A stretch of 64,000 nt of DNA from contig JBBIUY010000005.1 in the NCBI GenBank assembly GCA_037440005.1, forward strand, positions 23,730 to 87,729, in the 5' to 3' direction. The number at the start of each line of letters is the position of its first letter. Within the stretch, counting starts at the first letter, position 1. Shown piece by piece: positions 21,394 through 31,314 of this stretch. The translations under genes and the position numbers were made by a program. The stretch comes from Armatimonadota bacterium (GTDB lineage Bacteria > Sysuimicrobiota > Sysuimicrobiia > Sysuimicrobiales > Kaftiobacteriaceae). The notes beneath the pieces were generated by a model. It was not told the origin of the DNA. It searched no databases and saw only the letters and a program-made list of their open reading frames with translations.

Positions 21394-22418
21394 GCCGACT
21401 GCGGGTGGCGGTCCTGATGGGCGGCCCGTCGGCTGAGCGGGAGGTCTCCCTGGCCACCGGGCGGGAGGTGGCGCGGGCTCTGGACTCCGCCCGCTACGAC
21501 GTCCTGCCCGTGGAGATCGCGGCGGACGGGCGGTGGGTGGTGGGCGTGCCCGGACACGCAGCCGCCGGCGGCGCCGCGACGGCCGGCCCGCGCGGCGAGC
21601 CCGGCATCGAGCGGGTCCTGTTCTCCCACGGGGTGGACGTGGCGTTCATCGCCCTGCACGGGCCGTACGGGGAGGATGGCACCGTCCAGGGGCTGCTGGA
21701 GCTGCTGGGCATCCCGTACACCGGGTCCGGCGTGCTGGCCAGCGCCCTGGGGATGGACAAGTGGCGCAGCCGCCAGCTGTTCGAGCGCAACGGCATCCCC
21801 GTGCCCCGCTCCCTGGCCGTCCGGCGCGAGGACTGGCAGAACCGCGCCCGCGTGCGCCGGCTGGTGGACGACAGCCTGGGGTATCCCTGCGTGGTGAAGC
21901 CCAACGCCCAGGGCAGCACCATCGGCGTCTCGCTGGTGCGCTCTCCGGCGGACCTGGACCGGGCGGTGGACCTGGCTTTCACCTACGGCCCGGTGGTCCT
22001 GGTCGAGGAGTACGTGGCGGGGGTCGAGATCACCGTGGGCATTCTCGAAGACCCCGACACCGGCCGGCCGGAGTCGCTGCCGGTCATCGAGATCGTGCCC
22101 CACGACGAGTTCTACACCTACGCGGCCAAATACGCCTCCGGAGGCAGCGACCACATCATCCCGGCCCGCATCCCCGAGGCGGTGGCCCGCCGGGCCCAGG
22201 ACCTGGCGGTGCGGGCCCACGACGCGCTCGGGTGCGAGGGGATGTCGCGGGTGGACATGATCGCCCGGGGGCGGGACGTGGTGGTCCTGGAGGTCAACAC
22301 CATCCCCGGCATGACGCCCACCAGCCTGCTGCCCGACGCGGCCCGGGCCGCCGGGATCGACTTCCCCTCCCTGGTGGACCGGATCGTCCGCTGCGCCCTG
22401 CGCCGGCGCGGACGGTAG
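21390..22418 (+). CDS. ddl: D-alanine-D-alanine ligase
   Basis: MGGPSAEREVS, LHGPYGEDG, FYTYAAKY, EVNTIPGMT. Confidence 0.95.
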   Translation: MSRLRVAVLMGGPSAEREVSLATGREVARALDSARYDVLPVEIAADGRWVVGVPGHAAAGGAATAGPRGEPGIERVLFSHGVDVAFIALHGPYGEDGTVQGLLELLGIPYTGSGVLASALGMDKWRSRQLFERNGIPVPRSLAVRREDWQNRARVRRLVDDSLGYPCVVKPNAQGSTIGVSLVRSPADLDRAVDLAFTYGPVVLVEEYVAGVEITVGILEDPDTGRPESLPVIEIVPHDEFYTYAAKYASGGSDHIIPARIPEAVARRAQDLAVRAHDALGCEGMSRVDMIARGRDVVVLEVNTIPGMTPTSLLPDAARAAGIDFPSLVDRIVRCALRRRGR

Positions 22419-22485
22419 GCGGGGCCGGGACCCGGCCACCGGCCGCAGGGGGCGCCCGGCCGGCCACCGAAGATCGTCCCGGCCG

Positions 22486-23358
22486 ATGGAGCGCGACCGG
22501 TTCATTAAGTCCCACGCCCTGGGCAACGACTACCTCATCGTGGACCCCCGGGCGCTGTCCTTTCCGCTGACCGAGGACGCGGTCCGGCTGCTCTGCGACC
22601 GCCACCGGGGGGTGGGTTCGGACGGGATCCTCGCCCTGGTGCCCTCGCAGCGGGCGGACTTCGGCGTGCGCATCTTCAACCCGGACGGCAGCGAGGCGGA
22701 AAAGAGCGGCAACGGCCTGCGCATCCTGGCCCGCTACCTGTACGACCGCGGCCTCACCCGGCAGACCCGGTTCACCGTGGAGACGGCCGGCGGGGTGGTG
22801 GGGGTGGAGGTGCACCTGCGGGACGGGGCGGTGGAGCAGATCACCGTGGAGATGGGCCGGGCGGCGTTCCGCAGCGACCTGATCCCCGCCGCGGGCCCCC
22901 TCCGGGACGTGGTGGACGAGCCGGTGGCGGTGGACGGAGAGCGCCTGGTCGTCACGGCGGTCTCGGTGGGCAACCCCCACTGCGTGGTGTTCACCGACGA
23001 GCTGCGCCCGGCGGACCTGCGCCGGCTGGGCCCGCTGCTGGAGCGCCACCCGCTGTTCCCCCGGCGGACCAACGTCCAGTTCGCCCGGGTGCTCTCCCCC
23101 GACCGCGTCGCCATCCTGATCTGGGAGCGGGGGGCGGGCGAGACCCTGGCCTCGGGCAGCAGCGCCTGCGCCGTGGCCGCCGCGGCCGTGCGCAGGGGGC
23201 TGGCGGGCCGGCAGGTCACGGTGGTCATGCCCGGGGGGGAACTGCAGGTGGCGGTCTCGGAGGAGTGGGACCTGCGGCTGACCGGCCCGGCCGAGGAGAT
23301 CTGCGCCGGCGTCCTGTCCCCCGCCCTGGTGGCCCGCCTGGGAGGACTGCGCCCGTGA
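22486..23358 (+). CDS. dapF: Diaminopimelate epimerase
   Basis: HALGNDY, FNPDGSEAEKSGNG, GNPH, WERGAGETLASGS (Ser at the usual catalytic Cys positions). Confidence 0.88.
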   Translation: MERDRFIKSHALGNDYLIVDPRALSFPLTEDAVRLLCDRHRGVGSDGILALVPSQRADFGVRIFNPDGSEAEKSGNGLRILARYLYDRGLTRQTRFTVETAGGVVGVEVHLRDGAVEQITVEMGRAAFRSDLIPAAGPLRDVVDEPVAVDGERLVVTAVSVGNPHCVVFTDELRPADLRRLGPLLERHPLFPRRTNVQFARVLSPDRVAILIWERGAGETLASGSSACAVAAAAVRRGLAGRQVTVVMPGGELQVAVSEEWDLRLTGPAEEICAGVLSPALVARLGGLRP

Positions 23359-24632
23359 AGCGCCTACTCTACGTGGTCCTGGACGGGCTGGCCGACCGGC
23401 CGGTGGGGGAGTTACAGGACCGCACGCCCCTGGAGGCGGCGGCCACCCCCCACCTGGACGACCTGGCGGTCCGGGGAGCTCTGGGGACGGTGCTGACGGT
23501 AGGGGAAGGGATCGCCCCGGAGTCGGACGTGGCGGTGATGGCCATCCTGGGCTACGACCCGCTGCGCTACCACACCGGCCGGGGACCTCTGGAAGCGGTG
23601 GGGGCGGGGCTGCGGTTCCGCGACGGCGACGTGGCCCTGCGGGGCAACTTCGCCACCGTGGACGCGGGGTGGACCATCGTGGACCGCCGCGCCGGCCGCT
23701 CCCTGCAGACCACGGACGCCGCCGCGCTGGCCGAGGCCGTGACCCGGGAGGTCCGCCTGACGGCGGCGCCCGCCGAGGTGGAGGTGGTGGCCACGGTGGC
23801 CTACCGCTGCGCCGTGGTCCTGCGCCCCAGAGACGGCCGGCTGTCGGCGAAGATCTCCAACACCGACCCCGCCTACGGCCGGGTGGAGGGGCTGGGGGTG
23901 GCCCGGGTGGTGGCGGGCACGACGGTGGAGGAGTGCCGGCCTCTGGACGACAGCCCCGAGGCGTGGACCACCGCGGAGCTGGTCAACGAGTTCACCCGCA
24001 AGTCCCGGGAAATCCTGGACGCCCACCCGGTCAACGAGCGCCGCCGGCGCGCCGGCCAGCCGCCGGCCAACGTGATCCTGCTGCGGGACGCCGGCGACCA
24101 CCTGCCCGACGTCCCGCCCCTGGCCGAACGCTTCGGCATCACGCTGGGCTGTTTTGTGGAGATGCCCGTGGAGCGCGGCATCGCCCGCCTGCTGGGCATG
24201 GCGGTGGTGGAGGTCCCTCCCGGCGCTGCGGACCGGGAACGGGTCTACCGCCAGTGGGCCCGGCGGGCGGCGGACGAGCTGCCGCGCCACGGCGGGCTGT
24301 ACCTGCACCTGAAGGGTCCCGACGAACCCGGCCACGACGGCGACTGCGCCGCCAAGCGGGACGTGATCGCGCTGATCGACCGGGCGTTCTTCGGCGAACT
24401 GCTGCCCCGGCTGGACCGGGAGCAGACCGTGGTGGCGGTGACCGCCGACCACGCCACGCCCTGCGGCCTGCGCGCGCATTCGGCCGACCCGGTTCCGCTG
24501 CTGGTCTGCGGCGGCGGCCTGGCACCCGACGACACCCGCGCCTTCTCCGAACGGGAAGCCGCGCGGGGATCGCTGGGGCGCCGCCGGGGCGTGGACATTC
24601 TGCCCCTGCTGGTGGACCTGCTGCGGACCTGA
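23355..24632 (+). CDS. apgM: Archaeal-type 2,3-BPG-independent phosphoglycerate mutase
   Basis: DGLADRP, TPLEAA, PESD, GRGPLEA, KGPDEPGHDG, TADHATP, HSADPVP. Confidence 0.88.
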   Translation: MKRLLYVVLDGLADRPVGELQDRTPLEAAATPHLDDLAVRGALGTVLTVGEGIAPESDVAVMAILGYDPLRYHTGRGPLEAVGAGLRFRDGDVALRGNFATVDAGWTIVDRRAGRSLQTTDAAALAEAVTREVRLTAAPAEVEVVATVAYRCAVVLRPRDGRLSAKISNTDPAYGRVEGLGVARVVAGTTVEECRPLDDSPEAWTTAELVNEFTRKSREILDAHPVNERRRRAGQPPANVILLRDAGDHLPDVPPLAERFGITLGCFVEMPVERGIARLLGMAVVEVPPGAADRERVYRQWARRAADELPRHGGLYLHLKGPDEPGHDGDCAAKRDVIALIDRAFFGELLPRLDREQTVVAVTADHATPCGLRAHSADPVPLLVCGGGLAPDDTRAFSEREAARGSLGRRRGVDILPLLVDLLRT

Positions 24633-24701
24633 TCCGGTCGGTCCGGCCTGCAGGCGCGGACGGCCCGGACTACGCCCGCGGTCCTGCGGGCAGAATCGCC
24701 G

Positions 24702-26018
24702 GTGATGCGTCGCGCGCCGGCGGCGGTGCTCGCGGTGGGGCTGCTGGGGGCGGTGGCGGCCGGGACCGTCCCGGCGGACGCCCGCGGGGCCGCGGTGCGG
24801 CCGGGCTCCGAGGGCCTGCGGTCCGTGGCGGGGCTGCTGGCCGGCCGGCGCGTCGGCCTGGTGACCCACCACGCCGCCGTCACCTCCGACGGGCGCCACA
24901 CGGCGGAGGTGCTGGCGGCCCTGCCCGGGGTGCGGATCGCGGCCCTGTTCACCCCCGAGCACGGTTTTGACGGTTCGGGGACGGGGCCAGCGTCCCTGCC
25001 CTCCCGCGCGCCCGTCTACGCGCTGTTCGGACGCCGCTACGAGCCCACGCCGGCGATGCTGTCCCGGGTGGACGTGGTGGTGGTGGACCTGCAGGACGTG
25101 GGGGTGCGGCCGTACACCTACGCGTCCACCATGGCGCTGGTCATGCAGGCCGCCCGGCGGGCGGGCAAGCCGGTGGTGGTCCTGGACCGTCCCAACCCTC
25201 TGGGCGGCGTGGTGGTGGACGGGCCGGTTCTGGACCCGGCGTTCCGGTCGTTCATCGGGCTGTATCCGGTCCCCTACGTGCACGGGATGACCCTCGGCGA
25301 GCTGGCGCGCCTGTACAACACCGCGTTCGGCATCGGCGCCGACCTGCATGTGGTCCCCCTGCAGGGGTGGAGCCGCCGGATGCGGTGGGCGGAGACGGGT
25401 CTGCCCTGGGTCAACCCCTCCCCGGGCCTGCTGACCCCCGACAGCCCCCTGTACTACGCCGCCACCGGCGCGGTGGACGGGACCAACCTGTGGAACGGGG
25501 TGAGCACCGACTACCGCTTCCGGGTCATTCTGGCGCCGTGGCTGGACGGCCCCGCGCTGGCCGGCCGGCTGAACCGCCTGCATCTGCCCGGGGTGCGCTT
25601 CTCCCCGGTGACCGTCCCCCACCCGCGCACCCGCCGCCTGTGGTCGGGCGTGCAGCTCCACGTCACCGACGCGGCCGCATTCCGGCCGCTGCAGACCACC
25701 GTGCACGTGCTGGTGGAGATCCGCCGGTTGCACGGCGGCCAGCTGGTCTTCCGCCGGCCCCGGCGGGGGCAGTACCTGTTCGACCGGGTGTGGGGCACCT
25801 CCCAGGTGCGGCGGGACATCGTCGCCGGCCGCAGCGCCGCCGACATCATCGCCCGCTGGCAGCCGGGCCTGCGCAGGTTCGCGGTCCTGCGGGAGCGCGC
25901 GCTGCTGTACCCCGACACGCCGGTCGCCGAGGAGGCCGTCACCACCGCGGCCCCGCCCCCGCCGCCGGCAGGCCCGCCCGCCGTGCCGGCGTTTGGCCAC
26001 CGGGGCCTGGACGAGTAG
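24702..26018 (+). CDS. namZ: Exo-beta-N-acetylmuramidase NamZ family (DUF1343)
   Basis: Signal peptide; PEHG, DLQDVGVRPYTY, LDRPNPLGG, HGMTLGELA. Confidence 0.88.
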   Translation: MMRRAPAAVLAVGLLGAVAAGTVPADARGAAVRPGSEGLRSVAGLLAGRRVGLVTHHAAVTSDGRHTAEVLAALPGVRIAALFTPEHGFDGSGTGPASLPSRAPVYALFGRRYEPTPAMLSRVDVVVVDLQDVGVRPYTYASTMALVMQAARRAGKPVVVLDRPNPLGGVVVDGPVLDPAFRSFIGLYPVPYVHGMTLGELARLYNTAFGIGADLHVVPLQGWSRRMRWAETGLPWVNPSPGLLTPDSPLYYAATGAVDGTNLWNGVSTDYRFRVILAPWLDGPALAGRLNRLHLPGVRFSPVTVPHPRTRRLWSGVQLHVTDAAAFRPLQTTVHVLVEIRRLHGGQLVFRRPRRGQYLFDRVWGTSQVRRDIVAGRSAADIIARWQPGLRRFAVLRERALLYPDTPVAEEAVTTAAPPPPPAGPPAVPAFGHRGLDE

Positions 26019-26021
26019 GGC

Positions 26022-27794
26022 TTACGGTCGCACGGCCAGCAGACGCCACCGGCCCGGCACGCCCCGCAGTTCGTGCTCGCCGCGGTGCAGCCGCAGGGCG
26101 ATCTGGTAGGTCTGCTCCTGGGCCCGCATGGTGGGGGCGTGAGCCGCCAGGTACCTGGCGGCGGCCAGCAGGAAGGTGCCGGCCTCCCCGTCCGGGGCCA
26201 GGGCGGCCTGGCGGACCGCCGCCTCCACCATCTGGATCGCGTGGACGTTGCGGTCTTCCCGGAGCAGGAGGTGGCCCAGGGTGGCGGCCAGCCGTCCAGG
26301 GTCGCCCCCGCTGTGCAGATATCGGGTCACCACCGCCGCCGCCTCGTGCACCTGCTGCTGGCGGTCCAGCAGGGACGCCAGGTCCGCCAGCAGGAGGGTG
26401 GGGTCGGCCACCGGTTCGCCGGGCTCGGGCAGGGGCGCCGCAGGCACGTTGAGGAAGCGGTCCAGGTAGACGCTCATGGCCGCGTCGAACACCCCGCGCA
26501 GGAGCTCGACGGTGGGCGCCCGCTGGAGCATCCGGCAAACGGCGTGGGCGAAGCTGAACGTGTGCAGGGCGGTGTCCCAGTCGGAGAACTCGTTGCTGGT
26601 GTGGAAGCGGGCGATCCGGACCGCCGCGGCGTGAGCGACAGCCCGCGCCAGGGTCGCCTCGTCGCACCCCTCCCGCAGGGCCTGCAGCAGCGCGCCGGCG
26701 ATCGCCCGGGGGTCGTCCGCCAGCAGGACCGGCAGCAGGTCCGCCGTCCCGGGGTAAGTCGTGCGCCGGGAGCGCCCCTCCTCCACCGCCGCCGGCAGGG
26801 CCTCGCACGCGTCCTCGACGATCTCCACCAGGTCCACCGGGTGCCGCCAGGCACCCGACTCCTCCATGCGGTCGCCGCCGGCCAGAAGTCCGGCCAGGGT
26901 GCCCAGCACCAGGTCCGCCAGGTGCCAGCCGGCCAGGTCCAGAGCCTCCAGGGCCTTGTTGGTGAAGTCCAGGACGCGCCCCTGGGACAGGTACCGGTGC
27001 TCGGTGGCCGCCGCGCCCAGGATGGCGGCCATCGTGCGGCTGTCGGCGCCCGCCCGCACGGCCGAGACGATGCAGCGCTCGACGCCTTCCTCATCGCGCA
27101 CCTCCGCGAACCGGCGCAGCATCCGACCCAGGCTGTCCGGGTCCGTCGCCGGCGACGGCAGGGGGCGTAGCGGAAACCGCGGCGGGGAGTCGGCGCAGTC
27201 GGCGGCCACCGCGGCCAGACCGTGGTACAGCGCCCGGGGCCGGTCGTCGGGGTCCAGGGACGGCAGCAGGTTCATCAGGCAGGTGAGGATGGTCAGTCCC
27301 TGGCCCCACCCGGCCTGGCGGTAGTGGACTCCGAACTCCAGCCCGGCCCGGAAGGCCTCCACCGGATCGTCGCCCGCGGCCAGCAGCGCGATCGAGGACT
27401 TGGCGATCACCAGGGGGATGGCCCGCTCCAGCCCGTCCCGCAGCCTCCGGCGGTGGTGCTCCCGGGGGTCCTCCCGCGGAGCCAGGTCCACCCACACCTC
27501 GCCGTCGCGGATCTCCACCGGAAACACGCGCACGTCGTCGGCCCAGGGGTCGAAGGTCCCCCCGCTGGCCAGGTCGAAGCGGGCGTGGTGCCAGTGGCAG
27601 GTGAGGATGCCCTGGTCCAGCGTTCCCCGGTGCAGGGGAAAGCCCATGTGCGGACAGCGGTTGTCCACGGCGTAGATCCGCCCCTGGTGGGAGAACAGGA
27701 CGATGGCGTGGCCGTCGGCCTGGACCACCAGGCGGTCGGCCGCTTCGACCTCCTCCACCGAGGCCACGCGCACCAGATGCGGGGAGACGACCAT
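26022..27794 (-). CDS. Rieske [2Fe-2S] ferredoxin fused to a large helical domain
   Basis: NRCPHMGFPL...TCHWHHARFDL; C-terminal region unassigned. Confidence 0.85.
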   Translation of the reverse strand: MVVSPHLVRVASVEEVEAADRLVVQADGHAIVLFSHQGRIYAVDNRCPHMGFPLHRGTLDQGILTCHWHHARFDLASGGTFDPWADDVRVFPVEIRDGEVWVDLAPREDPREHHRRRLRDGLERAIPLVIAKSSIALLAAGDDPVEAFRAGLEFGVHYRQAGWGQGLTILTCLMNLLPSLDPDDRPRALYHGLAAVAADCADSPPRFPLRPLPSPATDPDSLGRMLRRFAEVRDEEGVERCIVSAVRAGADSRTMAAILGAAATEHRYLSQGRVLDFTNKALEALDLAGWHLADLVLGTLAGLLAGGDRMEESGAWRHPVDLVEIVEDACEALPAAVEEGRSRRTTYPGTADLLPVLLADDPRAIAGALLQALREGCDEATLARAVAHAAAVRIARFHTSNEFSDWDTALHTFSFAHAVCRMLQRAPTVELLRGVFDAAMSVYLDRFLNVPAAPLPEPGEPVADPTLLLADLASLLDRQQQVHEAAAVVTRYLHSGGDPGRLAATLGHLLLREDRNVHAIQMVEAAVRQAALAPDGEAGTFLLAAARYLAAHAPTMRAQEQTYQIALRLHRGEHELRGVPGRWRLLAVRP

Positions 27795-27864
27795 CCGGGT
27801 GCTCCTGTTCGTCGCGGCGCGCTATGGCTCCCTGCCGGGCCCGGCTGAGGCCCTTCCGGCGGTG

Positions 27865-27908
27865 AGCATATCCGTCGGACACCCGCAGCGGCTGTGACGG
27901 AGGGCACA
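27865..27908 (-). promoter_or_regulatory. Crp/Fnr-type site plus -10 element
   Basis: TGTGA-N6-GCACA (27893-27908), 22 nt from TATGCT on the minus strand. Confidence 0.6.
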
Positions 27909-27952
27909 GAGAGAAGAGGGAAAAAGGAAAAGGGAAAAGGGGAAAGGGGGGG
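27909..27952. repeat. Polypurine GGGAAAA-like tract
   Basis: About 44 nt of A/G only with ~7-nt periodicity. Confidence 0.8.
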
Positions 27953-28474
27953 ATGGGGGTGGAGCGGGCGGCGGGCGTCGTGCAGTGGATCGTGCAGAGG
28001 TGCGACCAGACCTACCGGGCCGGCAACTGGGCCGGGCGGGGGGTGCAGGCCGCCCTGGCTGACCTCACCCCGCAGGAAGCCCACTGAAGGCCGCACCCGC
28101 ACCAGCACACCATCGCCGAGATCGTCCTGTACATGGCCTACTGGAAGGACGCCGTCTCCGCGCGCCTGTCCGGCGCCCCCTGGACCTACGACGAAGCCCG
28201 GGACTGGCGGGAAGTGGCGCCCACCGCAGAAGGTCTGGCGGCGGCGCTGGCGGAGCTGGACGCCGCCCACGGGCGCCTGATGGAGCACCTGCGGACGCTG
28301 ACCGAGCAGCGCCTGTTCACTCCCGTGGGAAAGGCGTGGTGGTCGCCGTCGGGTCAGGCTCTGCTGCTGGACCTGGCCGTGGACGTGGCCACCCACGACA
28401 GCTACCACGCCGCCCAGATCTTCGTGCTGCGCCGGCTGCACGCCGGACGCCCGCCCGCCTCGGGCGGGTCCTGA
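27953..28474 (+). pseudogene. DinB-family gene with in-frame TGA
   Basis: LTPQEAH*RPHPHQHTIAEIVLYMAYW...HDSYHAAQI; TGA at 28085-28087 where Trp is expected. Confidence 0.7.
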
Positions 28475-28559
28475 CTTCCCGCAGGACCCTCCTGCGGCTC
28501 TCACACGCTCGGGTCGCCCGGGGTGCCCGCAAGCCCCGGGCCAGGTCCTCGTTCAGCCC

Positions 28560-28589
28560 TTGACATACGAACAAAGGTTCGTATATTAT
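28560..28589 (+). promoter_or_regulatory. sigma70 promoter with LexA (Cheo-type) SOS box
   Basis: TTGACA...TATTAT enclosing CGAAC-AAAG-GTTCG (28568-28581). Confidence 0.88.
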
Positions 28590-28596
28590 CCCACTC

Positions 28597-29589
28597 GTGG
28601 GGCACGTCCAGGGAGACCTCTTCCCCGACCAGCCGCCGCCTCCGGCCTCCGTGCGGCTGTTCCGCGCCATTGGCCTGCGGGTTACCCCTCAGGTGGAGTG
28701 GGTGGAAGTGCGTGTCCGCTCCGTCCTCAACCGCGTGCAGGGGATGCCGTTTCGGTGGTCCATCAACCCGTACCGGGGGTGCCAGCATCAGTGTCCCTTC
28801 TGCTACGCCCGCCGCACCCACTGGTTTTTGGACCAGGACGGCGTCGCCGACTGGGGACGGCGGGTCTTCGTGAAGGTCAACGCCCCCCAGGTCCTGCGCC
28901 GGGAACTGGCCGATCCCCGCTGGGCGCGGGAGGAGGTCCACCTGGGCACCGCCACCGACCCCTACCAGCCCGCCGAGGGCATCTACCGGCTGACCCGTCA
29001 GATCCTCCAGACGCTGCACGAGTATCGCACCCCGGCTGCGGTCGTCACCCGGTCCACGATGGTGGTGCGGGACAGGGACGTCCTGCAGGCGATGGCCCGC
29101 GGCGCGGGCGCGACGGTCTGCGTCAGCGTCGCCACCATGGACGAGGGTCTGGCGCGCCAGATCGAGCCCGACGTGCCCCCGCCGCGCGCCCGCCTGCACG
29201 CGCTGCGGGTCCTGGCGGACGCCGGGATCCCCACCGGGGTGCTGCTGGCGCCGGTCCTGCCGGGCCTCACCGACAGCCCCGGGCAGCTGGCGGCGGTGGT
29301 GGAGGCCGCCCGCGACCACGGCGCCCGGTGGCTGTGGACCAACACCCTGCACCTGGGCGACGTCACCCGGCAGGCGTTCTTTCAGTTTCTGCAGCGCTGG
29401 CATCCCCACCTGGTTCCCGAGTACGAGCGCCTGTACCGCGGGAAGTACGCCCCACGCGCGTACCAGCGCCGGGTCCAGGAGGTGGTGGCGGCGCTGCGGG
29501 CCCGCTGCGGCTTCGGCCGTCGGGCCGACGGGCCGGCCCATCTCCCGGACGGCGAGGCGCCGACAGCGCTCCCCCTGCGTCTGCTCTGA
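28597..29589 (+). CDS. Radical SAM protein, SplB/Rv2578c-like (DNA repair)
   Basis: SINPYRGCQHQCPFCYAR, GTATDPYQPAE. Confidence 0.9.
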   Translation: MGHVQGDLFPDQPPPPASVRLFRAIGLRVTPQVEWVEVRVRSVLNRVQGMPFRWSINPYRGCQHQCPFCYARRTHWFLDQDGVADWGRRVFVKVNAPQVLRRELADPRWAREEVHLGTATDPYQPAEGIYRLTRQILQTLHEYRTPAAVVTRSTMVVRDRDVLQAMARGAGATVCVSVATMDEGLARQIEPDVPPPRARLHALRVLADAGIPTGVLLAPVLPGLTDSPGQLAAVVEAARDHGARWLWTNTLHLGDVTRQAFFQFLQRWHPHLVPEYERLYRGKYAPRAYQRRVQEVVAALRARCGFGRRADGPAHLPDGEAPTALPLRLL

Positions 29590-29637
29590 CGCGCGCGTTG
29601 CGCGGTTCCGTCCGGGCAGGCTACAATGGAGCCCGTC

Positions 29638-30552
29638 ATGGATCTCGGGGCGGTGTTCATCATCCTCCAGCTCATCTACCTGGAGGGGATTCTCTCCATC
29701 GACAACGCCGCCGTCCTGGGAGCCATGGTCGCCCACCTGCCCCGCGACGACCCCGTCCCCTGGCCCCGGATCCTGCGCTTTCTGCAGGCCCCCGTGCACC
29801 GGATCCTGGGCGGCCAGCGCCTGGCGGCCTTGAAGGTGGGCCTGCTGGGCGCCTACCTGGGCCGGGGCACGATGCTCCTCATCGCCTCGTGGGTCGCGCG
29901 CAACCGCTGGCTGTTGCTGGTGGGCGGGCTGTACCTGATCAGGCTCGCGGTGGAGCACCTGGGGCAGACGCCGGAGCAGGCGCGGGACGAGGCCGCCGCG
30001 GCCGCGGGACATCCGGTGCGCCGGTCGGCCCCGGGCTTCTGGAGCGTGGTGCTGGCGGTGGAACTGGCCGACCTGGCCTTCAGCCTGGACAACGTGGTGG
30101 CGGCGGTGGCCCTGTCCCGGAACATCTACATCATCTGGACGGGGGTGTTCATCGGGATCCTCACCATGCGGTTTGCCGCCGGCATCTTCGTGCGGCTGAT
30201 CGAGCGGCTGCCCGAGCTGGAGGCCGCCGCCTACCTGCTGGTGCTGAACATCGGCGTGTGGCTGCTGCTGGAGGACTTCTTCGGCATCCACCCGGGCGAC
30301 GTCCAGAAGTTTGCCATGTCGCTGGGCATCATCGCCGCCACGGTCCTGTGGGGGCGGGTGCCGGCCCTGCAGCGGGCGGGGCGCGCGCTGCGCTGGCTGA
30401 GGCGGGTCCTAGGCGTGGTGTCGGTGATGTTTTCCGCCGTTCTCCGGCCGGTGGGCTGGGCGGCGGCGGGGGTGCTGGCGGTGGGCCGGGCCGTGGCGGG
30501 GTTGTGGCCGGCCCGGCAGGCGGCCCAGCCCCGCAGTCCCGGGGACCGCTGA
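29638..30552 (+). CDS. TerC-family membrane protein
   Basis: LEGILSIDNAAVL, ELADLAFSLDNV. Confidence 0.88.
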   Translation: MDLGAVFIILQLIYLEGILSIDNAAVLGAMVAHLPRDDPVPWPRILRFLQAPVHRILGGQRLAALKVGLLGAYLGRGTMLLIASWVARNRWLLLVGGLYLIRLAVEHLGQTPEQARDEAAAAAGHPVRRSAPGFWSVVLAVELADLAFSLDNVVAAVALSRNIYIIWTGVFIGILTMRFAAGIFVRLIERLPELEAAAYLLVLNIGVWLLLEDFFGIHPGDVQKFAMSLGIIAATVLWGRVPALQRAGRALRWLRRVLGVVSVMFSAVLRPVGWAAAGVLAVGRAVAGLWPARQAAQPRSPGDR

Positions 30553-30783
30553 TCGGTCCCCTGTCAGGCCGCCCAGCAGGCTCGCGCCGGGGGAACGGCC
30601 ACTTCCCGGCAGCGGGTGACAGGGATATCGTGGTGAGCATCCCCACACGGCACCCTCCCACCGGGTCCCCCGCGCGGTCCGGCAGAGCCCCAGCGTTCCG
30701 AAACGTGATCCAACACGGCGCGGTGGTCATCGGGGCGAGACACCAGCCCGTACCGTCACGAGCATGACAACCCACTGTCCGGG

Positions 30784-31314
30784 GTGGCGGAGGAATTGAT
30801 CGAGGCGTCCCGCGTGAGGCTCGTGCCTGCAACCGTGGAGCTGGTCCGCGCGGAGATTGGCGACCGCCGGGAGTTTGGCCGATTGTTGCAGGCGTCTGTG
30901 CCGGAGAACTGGCCGCCCGAGCCCGTCCGGGACGCGCTGCCGGGTTTCCTGACCTCTATGGAGGCTGCTCGTCATCAGGTGGGCTGGTTTGGGTGGTACG
31001 CCCTGGCCGTTGTCGGGGTGGAAGGGCTCCCGGTCCTGGTGGGGAGTGGTGGGTTTAAGGGACCACCACAGGCGGGGACGGTGGAGAGTGGCTACTCGGT
31101 GCTCCCTCAGTACCAGGGGAAGGGGTATGCGACGGACATGGTCCGTGGATTGGTCCGGTGGGCGCTCACACATGCCGGCGTGGATCGAATTGTGGCCGAG
31201 ACAGGGGAGTCAAACCCCGCATCGGTGCGCGTCTTGCTGAAGGCCGGGTTTGTGCCGGATGCCCGGGCGTCCAGGGAGGGGAGCCTTCGGTTTGTGTATT
31301 CGCGAACGGCGTGA
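30784..31314 (+). CDS. GNAT (RimJ/RimL-like) acetyltransferase
   Basis: GFKGPP, GYSVLPQYQGKGYAT, NPASVRVLLKAGF; lower GC3. Confidence 0.85.
   Translation: MAEELIEASRVRLVPATVELVRAEIGDRREFGRLLQASVPENWPPEPVRDALPGFLTSMEAARHQVGWFGWYALAVVGVEGLPVLVGSGGFKGPPQAGTVESGYSVLPQYQGKGYATDMVRGLVRWALTHAGVDRIVAETGESNPASVRVLLKAGFVPDARASREGSLRFVYSRTA

Noticed and set aside
28085..28087. In-frame TGA in the dinB gene as a third selenocysteine
   Set aside because: The position corresponds to Trp (TGG to TGA), not Cys; there is no redox motif, and the expected metal-binding His appears as Tyr. Nonsense mutation is more likely.
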